DNA of 64,000 nt from Leucoraja erinacea (lineage: Eukaryota). This document shows positions 12,277 through 24,333 of this stretch, one piece after another. Position numbers and translations under genes: made by a program. Numbering within the stretch: the first letter of the stretch is position 1; every line of letters begins with the position of its first letter. The notes below the pieces were generated by a model. It worked only from the letters and a program-made list of their open reading frames with translations, did no database searches and was not told where the DNA came from. The stretch spans positions 19,902,001-19,966,000 of the forward strand of contig NC_073405.1 of the NCBI RefSeq assembly GCF_028641065.1, read 5' to 3'.

Positions 12277-13575
12277 TCCTATTGGGACTTTACCGGACTT
12301 TAGCTCGCACTAAACGCTATACCCTTTACCCTGTATCTGAACACTGTGGACAGGTTGATTGTAATCATGTAATCTTTTTGCTGACTGGATAGCACGCAGC
12401 AAAAAAGCTTTACACTGTGCCTCGATACACGAGACAATAATAAAATTAAACGGACCTAGTGTGTTTTAGTTTAAAAAAGAGCTCTGAGCCACAGGCAGCA
12501 TCTTTCCACTGTGTGAACTGTGTACAGAAAACAGTTTTCCAATTCACTTTGCAACATTTTGTTCTGGTACACGAGTCAATCTTTCCCCCCCCCCCATGCA
12601 GCCATCCACAGTATTTGTAATACCTAAGGAACCGTGCCAGTATTTTCTCTGTTCTGCCTTTGTCTTGGATTTCACCACATGTCCTTCCTGCTGTTAGCCA
12701 TTCAACATTTCCAGCCAGACCGTGGGCAGCTTTGCAGGTGTGCATGCACTTTCCTGAGGTTAACCCTGTATCTCTCAGTCACCGTTTTCTCAGGCTGGAG
12801 TCCGAGACCACCTAAATAACAGATCCCTAACGAGCGAGTCCTTCAAATCTATGTTAAAGTCCTTTTCCGTGACAGACTTGGCTGCATTAAGTAATGTTTT
12901 TCCTTCTCTTGGTTGCATGTAAAGATCCAGTAACAGCCAACGATTTTATTTCTAGTGCTTGCACTGCATCTAGTGAATTCTCGAGGGTCTCACTCGATAA
13001 CTTCATGACATGATACCATTCTCTCACCCGTGACCATTAACTACTTTAGTCTGCTCCAGTTTATGTGCCACAACATACAGTGTAAATCTGCGAGTGGCTT
13101 GGTCGTGCAGCAGATAGTCCCACTGCTCCGCAGGGACCCACCCTCAGATGCTTCCTATGTGGAGTTTGCACATTCTCCCTGTGACCGCATGGGTTTCCCC
13201 CTGTTGCTCTGGTATCCTCCTCCCACATCGCAGAGACCTGCGCATTCTGAGGCAAACTGTCCACCCTCAGTGGAGGTAATTGGCAATAAAAGAATCAAAG
13301 AGAAGTTGACAGATTTGTGGGAGTATACAGTATGTCACAGGGCTACAGGGACATTGGAACAGATGGCATTGCTTTGCTTGGAGCCAACGTGGACCAGAAG
13401 GGCCAGATAACCTCCAATTCTGATCCACAGGTAGCATCTCTCTATGTGAACTGTGTACAGAAATTAGTCAGTGCTAGTTACCTCATTACAGGAAGGTTGT
13501 GGAGGCTTTGGAAAGAGTGCTGGTAAGGTTTACCAAAACGATACCTGATTTAGTGGAGATTGACTACAGGGAGAG

Positions 13576-13796
13576 TTACACAAAAAAGCTGGAGAAACTC
13601 AGCGGGTGCAGCAGCATCTATGGAGCGAAGGAAATAGGCAACGTTTCGGGCCGAAACCCTTCTTCAGTCTGAAGAAGGGTTTCGGCCCGAAACGTTGCCT
13701 ATTTCCTTCGCTCCATAGATGCTGCTGCACCCGCTGAGTTTCTCCAGCTTTTTTGTGTAACCTTCGATTCTCCAGCATCTGCAGTTCCCTCTTAAA
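13576..13796 (+). mobile_element. Young Penelope-derived insertion: perfect palindrome plus 35-bp tail, 14-bp TSD
   Basis: TSD gactacagggagag at 13562-13575 and 13797-13810; 93-bp arms 13575-13667 and 13669-13761 are exact reverse complements. Confidence 0.9.
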
Positions 13797-13876
13797 GACT
13801 ACAGGGAGAGGTTGGACAGACTTGGATTGTTTTCTCATGAACGCCGGAGGTTGCAAGGTAACCTGAAGGCAGTATA

Positions 13877-14076
13877 CAGCTGCTCCTCGACCTACGATGG
13901 GGTTATGTTCCGATAAACACATCGTAAATCGAAAATATCTTAAGTCGAAAATGCACTTAATACAATTTGATCACGTGGCCGGAAGTGACGTGCGGCTCGC
14001 TGCTGTTGTCGAGCGTTTGCACCTTCATAAAGTCGGAATATCGTAGTACAAAGCATCGTAAATTGGGGAGCATCTG
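13877..14076. mobile_element. Tigger/pogo-type MITE (200 bp)
   Basis: TIRs cagctgctcctcgacctacgatg / catcgtaaattggggagcatctg; TA at 13875-76 and 14077-78. Confidence 0.85.
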
Positions 14077-14449
14077 TATAACAGAGCAAGAGGCATAGAT
14101 AGCACATCCGGTCTGAACTTTTTTCCCCGGATGGAAAAATCTATTACTAGAAAGCATCGCTATAAGGGAATGTGTGGGGCCACCCAGAGGGTGGTCAATG
14201 ATTGGAATGTGCTGCCGGGGGTGGTGGTTGAGGCAGATATGTTAGTGGCGTTTAATAGATCTTTGGATAGGCATATAAATATGCAGGGAATGGAGGGACA
14301 TGGATTATGTGCAGGCAGATAAGAATTGGTCTAGGCATCATTGCTCAGCACAGACATTGTGGACTGAAGGGCCTTGCCTTGTGCTTTACTGTTCTATGTT
14401 CTGTGCATCTATGTGGTTTAGTACTTGTTGGGCAGTCTGAAGAGCATGT

Positions 14450-14745
14450 TGGCACACACTCAGCAGTAGCAGCCCATTGCCAATCATCTTTCCAACACCA
14501 TGGGGCCCCAAAACCTGGGTCTAATACTGGCCTTCGCTGCCAACTCTGGTGTTGAAATCCCCCAGCAGAATAAACTTGTCACTAAGCAGTCAAGGCCCTC
14601 GTGGGACATTTCCTTGTCTTTGGCCCTGCTGGTCAGAGTGGGAGCGTAGGCACTGATGACAGTCAGGTGGCGTGAGGAGGTGAGGGGGAGACGAAGCTTC
14701 ACCAGGCGTTCGTTGACTCCTGTAGGAAGGTCAGGTAACTGACAG
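14450..14745 (-). mobile_element. RTE-clade APE endonuclease fragment
   Basis: GVNERLVKLRLPL...LTVISAYAPTL, then LLGDFNTRVG...LGPHGVGK in a shifted frame. Confidence 0.8.
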
Positions 14746-14749
14746 AGGA

Positions 14750-15046
14750 GGGCCGAACAGCACCTTATATTTCGCTTGGGCAGCTTACACCCCAGCGGTA
14801 TGAACATTGACTTCTCTAACTTCAAGTAACCCTTGCATTCCCTCTCTCTCCATCCCTTCCCCTTCCCAGTTCTCTGACCTGTCTTACTGTCTCCGATTCC
14901 ATTTTATCTCTGCTTTGAACTGAGATTTTTAAAAAGTAGCAAACTCCCAGCCAACAATGATCTATTCTTAATTTTCCTTGATCTCATTCCCCTTGTCCTT
15001 TTTTTCCTTTTTTCACACCTTACACTTTCTTATGTATGTATCTCCC

Positions 15047-15100
<54 letters not shown>

Positions 15101-15240
15101 TACATCAGTCTGAAGAAAGGTCTCGACACAAAACTTCCACCATTCCTTCTCTCCAGAGATGCTGCCTGTTCCGCTGAGTTACTCCAGCATTTGAGTGTCA
15201 ATCTTTGGTTTAAACCAGAATCTGCAGTTCCTTCCCACAC
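14750..15240 (+). mobile_element. Penelope-like 3' fragment and terminal repeat
   Basis: EQHLIFRLGSLHPSGMNIDFSNFK* then the repeat tail; contains a poly-C run at about 15046-15100. Confidence 0.8.
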
Positions 15241-16066
15241 AGGGCTGTTCTAATTGCCAGTCCTACTCCCTGAATCCTGTCTTCGTTCTCTATGGTGTGC
15301 ACCCACAATAAGCAAGTAATCCCTTCCACTGTCTACATTCCTGGGAAATGTTACTCTCAAAATTTAAGTGGCTTGAGCATTTTACTTCCTCCTTTGTGCA
15401 TTGTCCCAATTGAATCACACAGCGCACAGACTTTCGTCACCTGTCCACATGTTACTGTAATCGGGAGAGATCATGCATCAGTCTTCTGATTCAGGCACGG
15501 CATTTAAACTCCATAGTTCTATCAAACAGCATTTTTGTTGGCACACCCCAGTACTTCCCCTCTTTCAGTCTATAAAATACTACAAGGTAGCCGGTCATTT
15601 TAACAAGCAGCCAGGATTATTATTTCTATATTTTCTTGTAACATCAAAAGACGCCATTTGGCCAATTGAGTATTCTGGCTCACAAAGCAATCTAATTACC
15701 TCACACAATTTTCCCTGCAGTTTCTTCTCCCCACATTCACATCAATTCCACTGCGCACTGCACACCAGGGATAATTAACGGTGGCTAAAAAGAGCAAAAA
15801 CCAATGTTTGTTCACCATACAAAAGTGCTGGAGTATCTCAGCAGGTGCAGGAGTGGGCCATATGGCCCTTCGAGTCAGCCCCTCCATTCAATGTGATCAT
15901 GGTTGATCATCCACAATCAGTACCCCGTTCCTGCCTTCTCCCCACATCCCCTGACTCCGCTATCATTCAGAGCTCTATCTAACTCTCTCTTGAAAGCATC
16001 CAGAGAACCGGCCTCAGAGAGAGCTGGCACAGGGTCCCCGAGCCGTTGATTCAGTGGAGATTTCAA

Positions 16067-16362
16067 TGGCAGCACAGTGGCACAGCGGTAACGTTGCTGC
16101 CTTATAGTGCCAGAGACCCAGGTTCAATCCTGCCTAAGGGCACAATCTGTACGGAGTTTATACATATTCCCTGTTTTCCCCGGGTGCTCTGGTTTCCTCC
16201 CACATTCCAAAGACCTACCGGTTTGTAGGTTAATTGGCTTCTGTAAAATGTATACATTGTCTCTAGTGTGTAGGATAGGGCTAGTGTACAGGGATCACTG
16301 ATCGGCATGGATTTGGTGAGCCGAAATGGCCTGTTTCTGCCATGTATCCCTAAACTAAATTA
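16067..16362 (+). mobile_element. HE1-type V-SINE
   Basis: ggcagcacagtggcacagcgg head, ggttcaatcc B-box, V-domain, ctaaactaaa tail. Confidence 0.85.
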
Positions 16363-17327
16363 AAAAAACAAAAATTTGGGAAGAAACAAAAAAATTGTAG
16401 AGTGCTATAATTTTAAAATATTTATTTAAGGTTGTGTGAAGTTCATATAATTGAAAGTATAGTGTACAGGTGTACAAGTGTATAGTCCTTTTTAATTGTT
16501 TGTATCATTTTCATACTTTTTAAATCTTTCGACGGCCATAATTCAGGTAAAAATTGGAAAATCCTGACAGATTTGACAGTCAGCTAAGCATGGCATGGAG
16601 CTTTGCTGACTGTCACAGGTTTCAGGGGCTTTTTGAGGCAGGGTCTGGTCATGAGCTGCTCATCACACTCACTTCATCGCTTCATGGTTCACAGCCGCCC
16701 AGCCTCATTGTTTAACTTCAGGAGCACCAGTTTAAATGAGGCCACTCCTTGGATTTGGCTGAGGTATTTCTCGGCGAGCGATGATCAGGAGCAGTGTCCA
16801 GAAGTGACGGGTCTTCGGCAGGGAAATGCAGGCCCACTGCAATTAACCTTTTATCTCCAGGAATCATATCCCCTCCCTGGGGGTGTTCTGAGCCATCAAA
16901 CTGGTGACTTCTGTCTTTTCCCCCAATTTCATTTCTTCACCTATTGATCAGAAATCTCATGACAGGCAAATTGTCTCTCCGCCTCCTCCCGGACCCATTT
17001 CTCCTGCATAACTGTGAAATATGACGAGAGAGATTGCTTCCTGAAAGACATGTTCGTAGATCTTGCATTGCAGCTGAACTGTTCAGGACAAAGGCTCTGA
17101 TTGAGGTCACGGTGGGAGACAGTGGTGATGTGCAGCTCGTTGCCATTGCTCTGCCTAACCAAATGGGATGGAAATCAATCTGAAGGCTCGAGTCTGCACT
17201 GAAATCCAGCAAGCTTTAATGAAACAAGAAATTCCAGTCCAAAGTCCCCCTGATAACTCTCATCATCTGCTCTTTGGATAAATTAATCACCTGCTGAGGT
17301 TGAGGCTTACAGTCTGATGCATCGAGG

Positions 17328-17737
17328 ATGGACACAAAAAAGCTGATGTAACTCAGCGGGTCAGACAGCATCTCTGGAGAAAAGGAATAGGTGATGTTTT
17401 GGGTAGAGACCCTTCTTCAGACTGAGAGTCAGGGGAAAGGGAAACGAGAGAGATATATATAGACGGTGATGGAGAGAGGTATGGGACAAATGAATGAAAG
17501 ATATAAACAATGCAACGATGATAAAGTTACGGACAATGAGACTCAACAGGACGACTTTGAAACTAGTACGACGACTTGGGTGGAGGATGGACGGAGAGGG
17601 AGGGGATGCAAGGGACTCGACCCAAAACGTCACTTGTTCCATTTCTCCAGAGATGCTGTCTGACCTGCTGAGTTACTCCAGATTTTTGTGTCTATCTTCG
17701 GTTTAAACCAGCTTCTACAGTTCCTTCTTCCTACACA
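17328..17737. mobile_element. Penelope-derived inverted terminal repeat pair
   Basis: - strand repeat 17328-17610 followed by + strand repeat tail 17615-17737. Confidence 0.7.
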
Positions 17738-17764
17738 GTATAATATATCCTCAGCTCTAAAGGT

Positions 17765-17935
17765 TGTGAGCTCTGCTTTAAGTCCACGTGCTGCCCCATA
17801 TACCAGTCCAGTGCTGAGGGAGTGCCACAGTTACACAGTTTCCGTCTTTCAGGTCTGATCACTCAGATGCACAGACAAGATTACATATCGCTGCTTGAAG
17901 ACGGGCAGCGGAGTTAGCACAGCTTTAATATTTCT
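17765..17935 (+). mobile_element. Possible ancient Deu-domain SINE fragment
   Basis: cagtgctgagggagtgcc...ccgtctttcag...gaagacgggcagcggagtt resembles the recalled DeuSINE core; highly diverged. Confidence 0.35.
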
Positions 17936-18374
17936 CCCTATTTAGTGTGGCTGTATGCTAACTCACGTTTCACTGTACCTTAGTTGGTTAAGTGACAATA
18001 AACTTGAACTTGAACTTGAACTATTTCTTATCAGACGAGTTGCTCTAATGCTATTTGTGAGATTTTTGCTGTATGCAGGTTGAGTATAGTGACAGCACGT
18101 GAGTGAGCTTCATTCATTGTGAAGTGCCTTACGCTAGGCTTCTGTTGTGAATTGCAACCTTAAATTTAATCGGACCTAGTTTCCATTTCTCCGTTTGCAA
18201 ATAACTATCAATAGTTCGACCCCAATCTCCTCAAGTTACCAGCATCTGCAGTTCCTTCCTACACATTTTGCATGCTCCACTGCGTTAAGCCTACTTCTCC
18301 TAGTTCTCCTCCTCTCTCCAACACCCTCTCTCGCTGCTCCCCCTCTGTGATTCCTCCTTCTCTCCAGCTCCACC

Positions 18375-18566
18375 ACCACATTTTAACCCACTCTACCTTT
18401 TCATGCCTCTAGTTTCCCTCTCCCCTGACTATCAGTCTGAAGAAGGGTCTCGACCCGAATCGTCACCTTTTCCTTTTCTCCAGAGATGCTGCCTGACTAG
18501 CTGACTTACTCCAGCATTTTGTGTCTATGTTCGGTGTAGACCAGCATCTGCTGTTCCTTCTTACAC
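18375..18566 (+). mobile_element. Penelope-like terminal repeat
   Basis: cagtctgaagaagggtctcgacccgaa...ccagcatctgctgttccttc. Confidence 0.75.
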
Positions 18567-19154
18567 TATCCAGTCTCTTCTTATTGTGGGGGAGATCCTT
18601 GTATGAACAAACTTGCATTCACTGGCAAAGTGCACTGCAGCCGCGCAGTATTGATCGTGCATTAATGCCCACTTGTCTAGGCATGTGTCTCATTTGGCCA
18701 GGGTGGCAGAGGAGAGCTGGTAAGGTCATCAACTCCATGTCCCTGCCTGGGAAGAGGTAGGGGCCAGGGTGACAAAACAGCGGACTGAGCAGGAAATAAA
18801 GCGAAAGTGGAGAGGAAATGCACATCAGTTCATGGGCACACGGGACTGCAGATGCTGGAATCTGAAGCAAAAAAGCAAAAATGCTGGAGGAACTCGGCAG
18901 GTCAGGCAGCATTAGATCATTGATGTCACCTGACCTCCATCACTTTGTTTCATCATTGCATGCTTAGTGCAAGTTGTGAATCTCTCCAGCATTGTTCTAG
19001 TTTGCTTAAAATGAGTCCATTCCTGTTTCCCCAGACACAGAATCTAAAGTCTTATTGTTTTATATCCATTGTCGAAGTTTTATGCTGCTTCTTGAGGGAG
19101 TATTATGTTGAGGATCTATACTCTGTTATCGTAAGTACCAGCATGCCCGATCAG

Positions 19155-19545
19155 AGAGGGGATGCAGGGATTACTTGAAGTTAGAGAAATCAATATTCAT
19201 AACGCTGGGTTGTAAGTTGCCCAAGCGAAATATGAGGTGTATGAATGAATGAATACTTTTATTGCCACATGTGACAAGTCACGGTGAAATTCTTTGCTTG
19301 TATACCCAAGATATGCAAACCGTCGCCACAGACCGGTGCTGACAAAGTTTCAAAGTACCCCCGTGCCAGGTCCCCCTTTGGTCTTCCCCTCCCCACCCCA
19401 CCCCCTCACAGTGGTCCTCCCAACGCCGGGTCCTCCATTGTTCTTCCCTGTCCCTCATGCTGATCCTCCAATTTTGGTTTGGCCTCACTCTGACAGTGGA
19501 GGAGGCCCAGGACGGAAAGGTCAGCGTGGGAATGGGAAGGGGAGT
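19155..19545 (-). mobile_element. Penelope GIY-YIG C-terminal fragment split by a (TGAA)n-tailed insertion at about 19241-19465
   Basis: Penelope sequence on both sides; the insert begins with the reverse-complemented LINE-type tail tgaatgaatgaatacttttattgccacatgtgac. Confidence 0.6.
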
Positions 19546-19809
19546 TCGATAGTTCATCCAGTGTCATTTAAATTGAATGCGTGTGCTGGAACTTATACAG
19601 TCAGCAGTGTGAGAGCTTTCCCACTGTGTTATACATCGTGTAGCACAGCTGTGATGATTGGGAGTTTGGGATTTCATGGCAGTCAGGGATCAAAGTAATA
19701 CATATGTATATTCAGAATTTAAGATGTGTTTGATGTTCTATTACTTCTTCCAAAGCAATTTATCAGATGTAAAACATTCAGTGACATACAGCATCAGGTC
19801 TCTAGCCCA

Positions 19810-20118
19810 GAGTAGGTGGATTGAGTACCCGAGGACATAGGTTTAGGGTGAAGGGGAAAAGACTTAATAGGAAATTGAGGGGTAACTTTTTTCACACACA
19901 GGGGGTGGTGGGTGTATGGAACAAGCTGCCAGAGGAGGTAATTGAGGCAGGGACTATCCAAACATTGAGGAAACGGTTAGACAGGTACATGGATAGGACA
20001 GGTTTGGAGGGATATGGACCAAATGCAGGCAGGTGGGAATAATGTAGCTGGGACAAGTTGGTCGGTGTGGGCAAGTTGGGCCGAAGGGCCTGTTTCCACG
20101 CTGTATCACTCTATGACA
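19810..20118 (+). mobile_element. CR1 LINE 3' end
   Basis: STRGHRFRVKGKR...VWNKLPEEVIEAGTIQTLRKRLDRYM (ORF 19821..20042). Confidence 0.85.
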
Positions 20119-20452
20119 CTAGCAGGTTTGATTAGGTGGAGAACTATTCCAAGTTATTTTATCTTTTCCTTTTGCTTGTCTTCTGCCTGCTCTTTATTTT
20201 AAAATAGACTAAAAATGCTGGAGTAACAGCATCTCTGGAGAGAATGAATGGGTGTTTTTTTGGGTTGAGACCCTTATTCACACTGAGTCAGAGGAGAGCG
20301 AAACTAGAGATATGGAAAGGAAAGGTGTGAAAATGACAGATCAAAGCAGACGATGTGATCATTATCTCAACTCAACTGCCACTTGTTTCTTGTCTCAAAT
20401 CTACTGTCATGAATATCCCTCTGCTTTCTCTGCAGTGGTGATCTATGAGAGA

Positions 20453-20775
20453 GCCCCGCCTCTCTCTCCCCCCCAGCGGCCCCCCCGCCTCTCCCCCTCC
20501 TGCACCTCTCTCGCCCTTCGCACCGCTACATCTCTCTCCTCCTGCACCCCGCCACTCTCTTTCCCCCCCCATCTGCACTTTCCGCCTCTCTCTTCACCAT
20601 ATCCCTTGCCCTTTTCTCTGCAGTTCCCCCGACCTCTTTTTCCCTCGCGACCGCTCCTCTCTCCCCCTGCACCCCACCTCTCTCTACCCTGCGTGCATTG
20701 CCCCACTTCCCCTCCGTGCCACCATCTGCCTGTCTCTCACTCTCTCCCTCTCCCTCCTCTTTCTCATGCTGCCCT
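20453..20775. repeat. C/T-rich low-complexity tract
   Basis: About 320 bp dominated by cct/ctc/ccc. Confidence 0.8.
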
Positions 20776-20989
20776 TTTTTTTAAATCAAAAATAATTTAT
20801 TAAATTACGATACAAAATAATATTTACAAACCACACCCGGGGTAACACACCCTCCACCATAATACGAAATCGCCAAATTATCTAAGACATTAAATTTTCA
20901 AATAACTATTTTACTCTTGTGACGAAGAGCAAAGCACAGCGGAAGAACGTTAATGATGAAAAGCGGGCTTGGGGTTTCATCTGCTGTAG

Positions 20990-21775
20990 ATAGACACAAA
21001 ATGCTGGAGTAACTCAGCGGGACAGACAGCAGCGTCTCTGGAGAAAAGGAATAGTAGACGTTTGGGGTCGAGACCCTTCTTCAGACTCGACCCGAAACAT
21101 CGCCCATTCTTTCTCTTCAGAGATGCTGCCTATCCCGCTGAGTTACTCCAGCATTTTGTGTCTATCTTCAGATTTAGACCTGCATCTGCAATTCCTTCCC
21201 ACACATTTTGTTTACTCTGTTGTGTTAGGAACGTGTGTGAGGAGATGGGGATCGTCCGGTTTGCAATGACGATTGGCTTGACGCTGCAAACTGGCACCAC
21301 ATATTGGGCATTTAATCGAAGATGCTGGAGTAACTCAGCAGGACAGGCAGCATCTCTGGAGAGAAGGAATGGGTGACGTTTCGGCCGAGTCCCATCATCA
21401 GACTGGTTAGGGATAAGGGAGACGAGAGATATAGACGGTGATGTGGAGAGATAAAGAACAATGAATGAAAGATACGCAAAACAATAACAATGATAAAGGA
21501 AACAGGCCATTGTAAGCTGCTTGGAGGGTGAAAATGAGAAGCTAGTGTGACTTGGGTGGGGGAGGGATGGAGAGAGAGGGAATACTGGGGCTACCTGAAG
21601 TGAGAGAAATCAATATTCATACCACTGGGCTGTAAGCTGCCCAAGTGAAATACGAGATGCTGTTCCTCCAATTCACGTTTAGCCTCACTCTGACAATGGA
21701 AGAGACCGAGGACAGAAAGGTCTGTGTGGGAATGGGAGAGAGAATTAAAGTGTCCAGCAACCGGGAGATCGTGTT
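20990..21775. mobile_element. Cluster of Penelope-derived pieces (fold-back copy 20990-21205; - strand 3' fragment 21318-21775)
   Basis: Terminal repeat plus GIY-YIG C-terminal remnant; CTGATGA...GAAACGTC core on - strand at about 21375-21401. Confidence 0.75.
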
Positions 21776-22225
21776 GGTGGAGGCAGGCAGGCTAAGCGAA
21801 GGTGTATTAAATCATGGTTTGTAATCGTAGTGACAGAAGAGTGGCACAACCTCAGCCTCGTGATGTTGACAGCTCATTCGATGTGACGGCTCTGCCTGCC
21901 GAATCATCATATCATCGTGCTGCTTATGGCTGCACTGTCATCCCTCAGTGCTTCAGTTTGATGCCGCTGATCAGGAAAATATGAGTGAGCACAATATTTA
22001 TTAGGTGCAAGTTGACAGATCTCGACTCCCTTTCCTGCATATGTCTGCGCCTCCCGCCATTGTGCTGTCCATACCACGGGCCTTGTGTGGTGACCCAGCT
22101 GAGAAGAAATGTTCAACCTTTGACTTCGAATATTTGACCCTTTCATAAAGATTAATAATTTTCTCGCATGAGTTTTGTCATTTCCTGCCACACTCCATTA
22201 GATCAACGATTTCCTATCCATGGAA

Positions 22226-22403
22226 GATAGACACAAAATGCTGGAGTAACTCAGCGGGCCAAAGCAGTATCTCTGGATAGAAGGAATGGGTGACATTTCG
22301 GGTCGAAACCCTTCTTCAGACATGCTGCCTGTCCGCACTGAGTTACTCCAGCATTTTGTGTCTATCTTCGGTGTAAACCGGCATCTGCCGTTCCTTCCTA
22401 CAC
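22226..22403. mobile_element. Penelope-derived fold-back repeat
   Basis: gaagatagacacaaaatgctggagtaactcag ... ctgagttactccagcattttgtgtctatcttc inverted pair. Confidence 0.75.
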
Positions 22404-23043
22404 ATTTATTTTCCACTCCAAGCAGGCTAACATCTGTTGACCTCTGGGGTAACAGTATGACCTTTGCACTGTTGATTTGAAGCCGTAAGTTCACATCCCA
22501 TCATGGCAGTCGGAGAATTTCCAATTCAAGTAAATCTCTACTGTTTTAGAAGCAGTGATCAGAATCTCAAAATTGTGGCATGACCTTGGAAGGGAGGCAT
22601 GAGAAGAAATATGTATAGGAAGGAACTGCAGATGCTGGTTTAGACAGAAGATAGGCACAACATGCTGGAGTAACTCAGCAGGCCGGGCAGCATCTCTGGA
22701 GAAAAGGAATAGGTGATGCATCGGGTCGAGATCCTTCTTCAAACAAAGACATTTCTTTGACCGAGTAGGCTTCAGAGAGGTGACATCAATTAAACAGTAT
22801 GCTTAGAAGGTTCGTATGGTTAGACACTGAGAAAATAGTTTTCCTGGCTAGGGAATCGAGAATCAGCGATCACAGCAGTCTCAAGGAGACTGATCATTTT
22901 GGAGTGAAATGAGGAGAAATTTCTTCACAGAGTGGTGAACCATTGGAATAGCTTTTCACAATGATGAGAGGACACAGGTTTAAGGTGAGAATGGAAGGAT
23001 TTACCAGGAACTTGAGGAACAACTTTTTTTCCTCACACATGGT

Positions 23044-23113
<70 letters not shown>

Positions 23114-23128
23114 AAAACAGACAGACAG
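23044..23128. repeat. (GACA)n microsatellite
   Basis: Direct reading. Confidence 0.95.
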
Positions 23129-23268
23129 CAGATGTTGGAAAATCAAAGGTTAACAAAAATGCTGGAGAAACGCAGCGGGTGAGGCAGCATCTATGGAGCG
23201 AAGGAAATAGGTGACGTTTCGGGTCAAGTCCCTTCTTCAGACTGATGTGGGGGTGGGGGGGCGGGAAG

Positions 23269-23344
<76 letters not shown>
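23269..23344. repeat. (GATA)n microsatellite
   Basis: Direct reading. Confidence 0.95.
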
Positions 23345-24174
23345 CTTTTTTTTCTTGTTTATTATATTATTTACGTGTACGATGTTTACATATTCTGTTG
23401 TGCTGCTATGTGAGAATTTTATTGTTCTATCTGGGACACATGACAATAAAACACTCTTGATCTCTTCACATAAATTGACAGTGAGCCGAAGAAAGGGATT
23501 ATCAACGAGTCTTAAACTAAGAGGTAGATGCAAGAAGACAAAGGGTAAAAGGGGAGTGAGTTCTGGAGGTTTTGAGCACAGGTGACTAAAGCCAAAGGTG
23601 GGAATGGAAGAGGGGGGTGTGGAGGTTACTGGAGCTTGATCGAAGGACTGCAACCTTTTCAGGGGGATGTCTGCTTATTTTCGGTGGAGTTAATCAGCTT
23701 TGTTGCGGGCGCTGTGCATCCATCGCTTCAGATTTGACTTTTCTATTGATAGCCTTTGGCAATGTGTCTGTCTATGTTGAGCAAATGAACTTTGAAAGCT
23801 GTCATTGCCGGTTGGAGTACAGTCCAGGTCGGTCACCCCTCAGAACAATATTCAAGTGGCAACTCCATTCAACCTTGGAATGGCTAACTTCAAACTAGAA
23901 GTGAATCTTTGAAATGTTCTTTCCCTTGAAGGTCAGCACATGTTCATGCTGGGGAGGCCACTTCCACAATGGGCTTTCATCATTGTCCAGTGTTGGGGAA
24001 ACCGAATAACACAGAAAATATGTACCTTGTCTGATGTACAGGATTTCTTTGGAACATTAACCCAGATCATACTTAACATTAGAAAGCATCCTGACCAGAT
24101 GCTTCATTCCCCAGTACAGCAATTCCAATACCCAGGAACAAAACAGGCGGCAGAGAGTGTTTATTTGTTTGTTT

Positions 24175-24333
24175 GGACATACAGCGTGGAAACAGGCTCT
24201 TCTGCCCACCGAGTCCGCACCGACCAATGATCCCCACACATTAACACTAGGGACAATTTTACATTTTTTATACCAAGCCAATTAACCTACAAAGCTGTAC
24301 ATCTTTGGAGTGTGGGAGGAAACCAAAGATCTC
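24175..24333 (-). mobile_element. HE1-type V-SINE 3' half
   Basis: Reverse complement of the tail and the end of the V-domain. Confidence 0.75.

Larger units (their letters stand above)
13440..14402 (+). mobile_element. Old CR1 3' fragment hosting two nested insertions
   Basis: CR1 sequence (...gactacagggagaggttggacagacttgg..., TQRVVNDWNVLP...) is continuous once 13576-13796 and 13877-14076 are removed. Confidence 0.75.

Noticed and set aside
14978-15253. Poly-Pro/poly-Gly ORFs (also 52885..53133, 59800..60278)
   Set aside because: They arise from poly-C/G homopolymers whose lengths may be sequencing artefacts.
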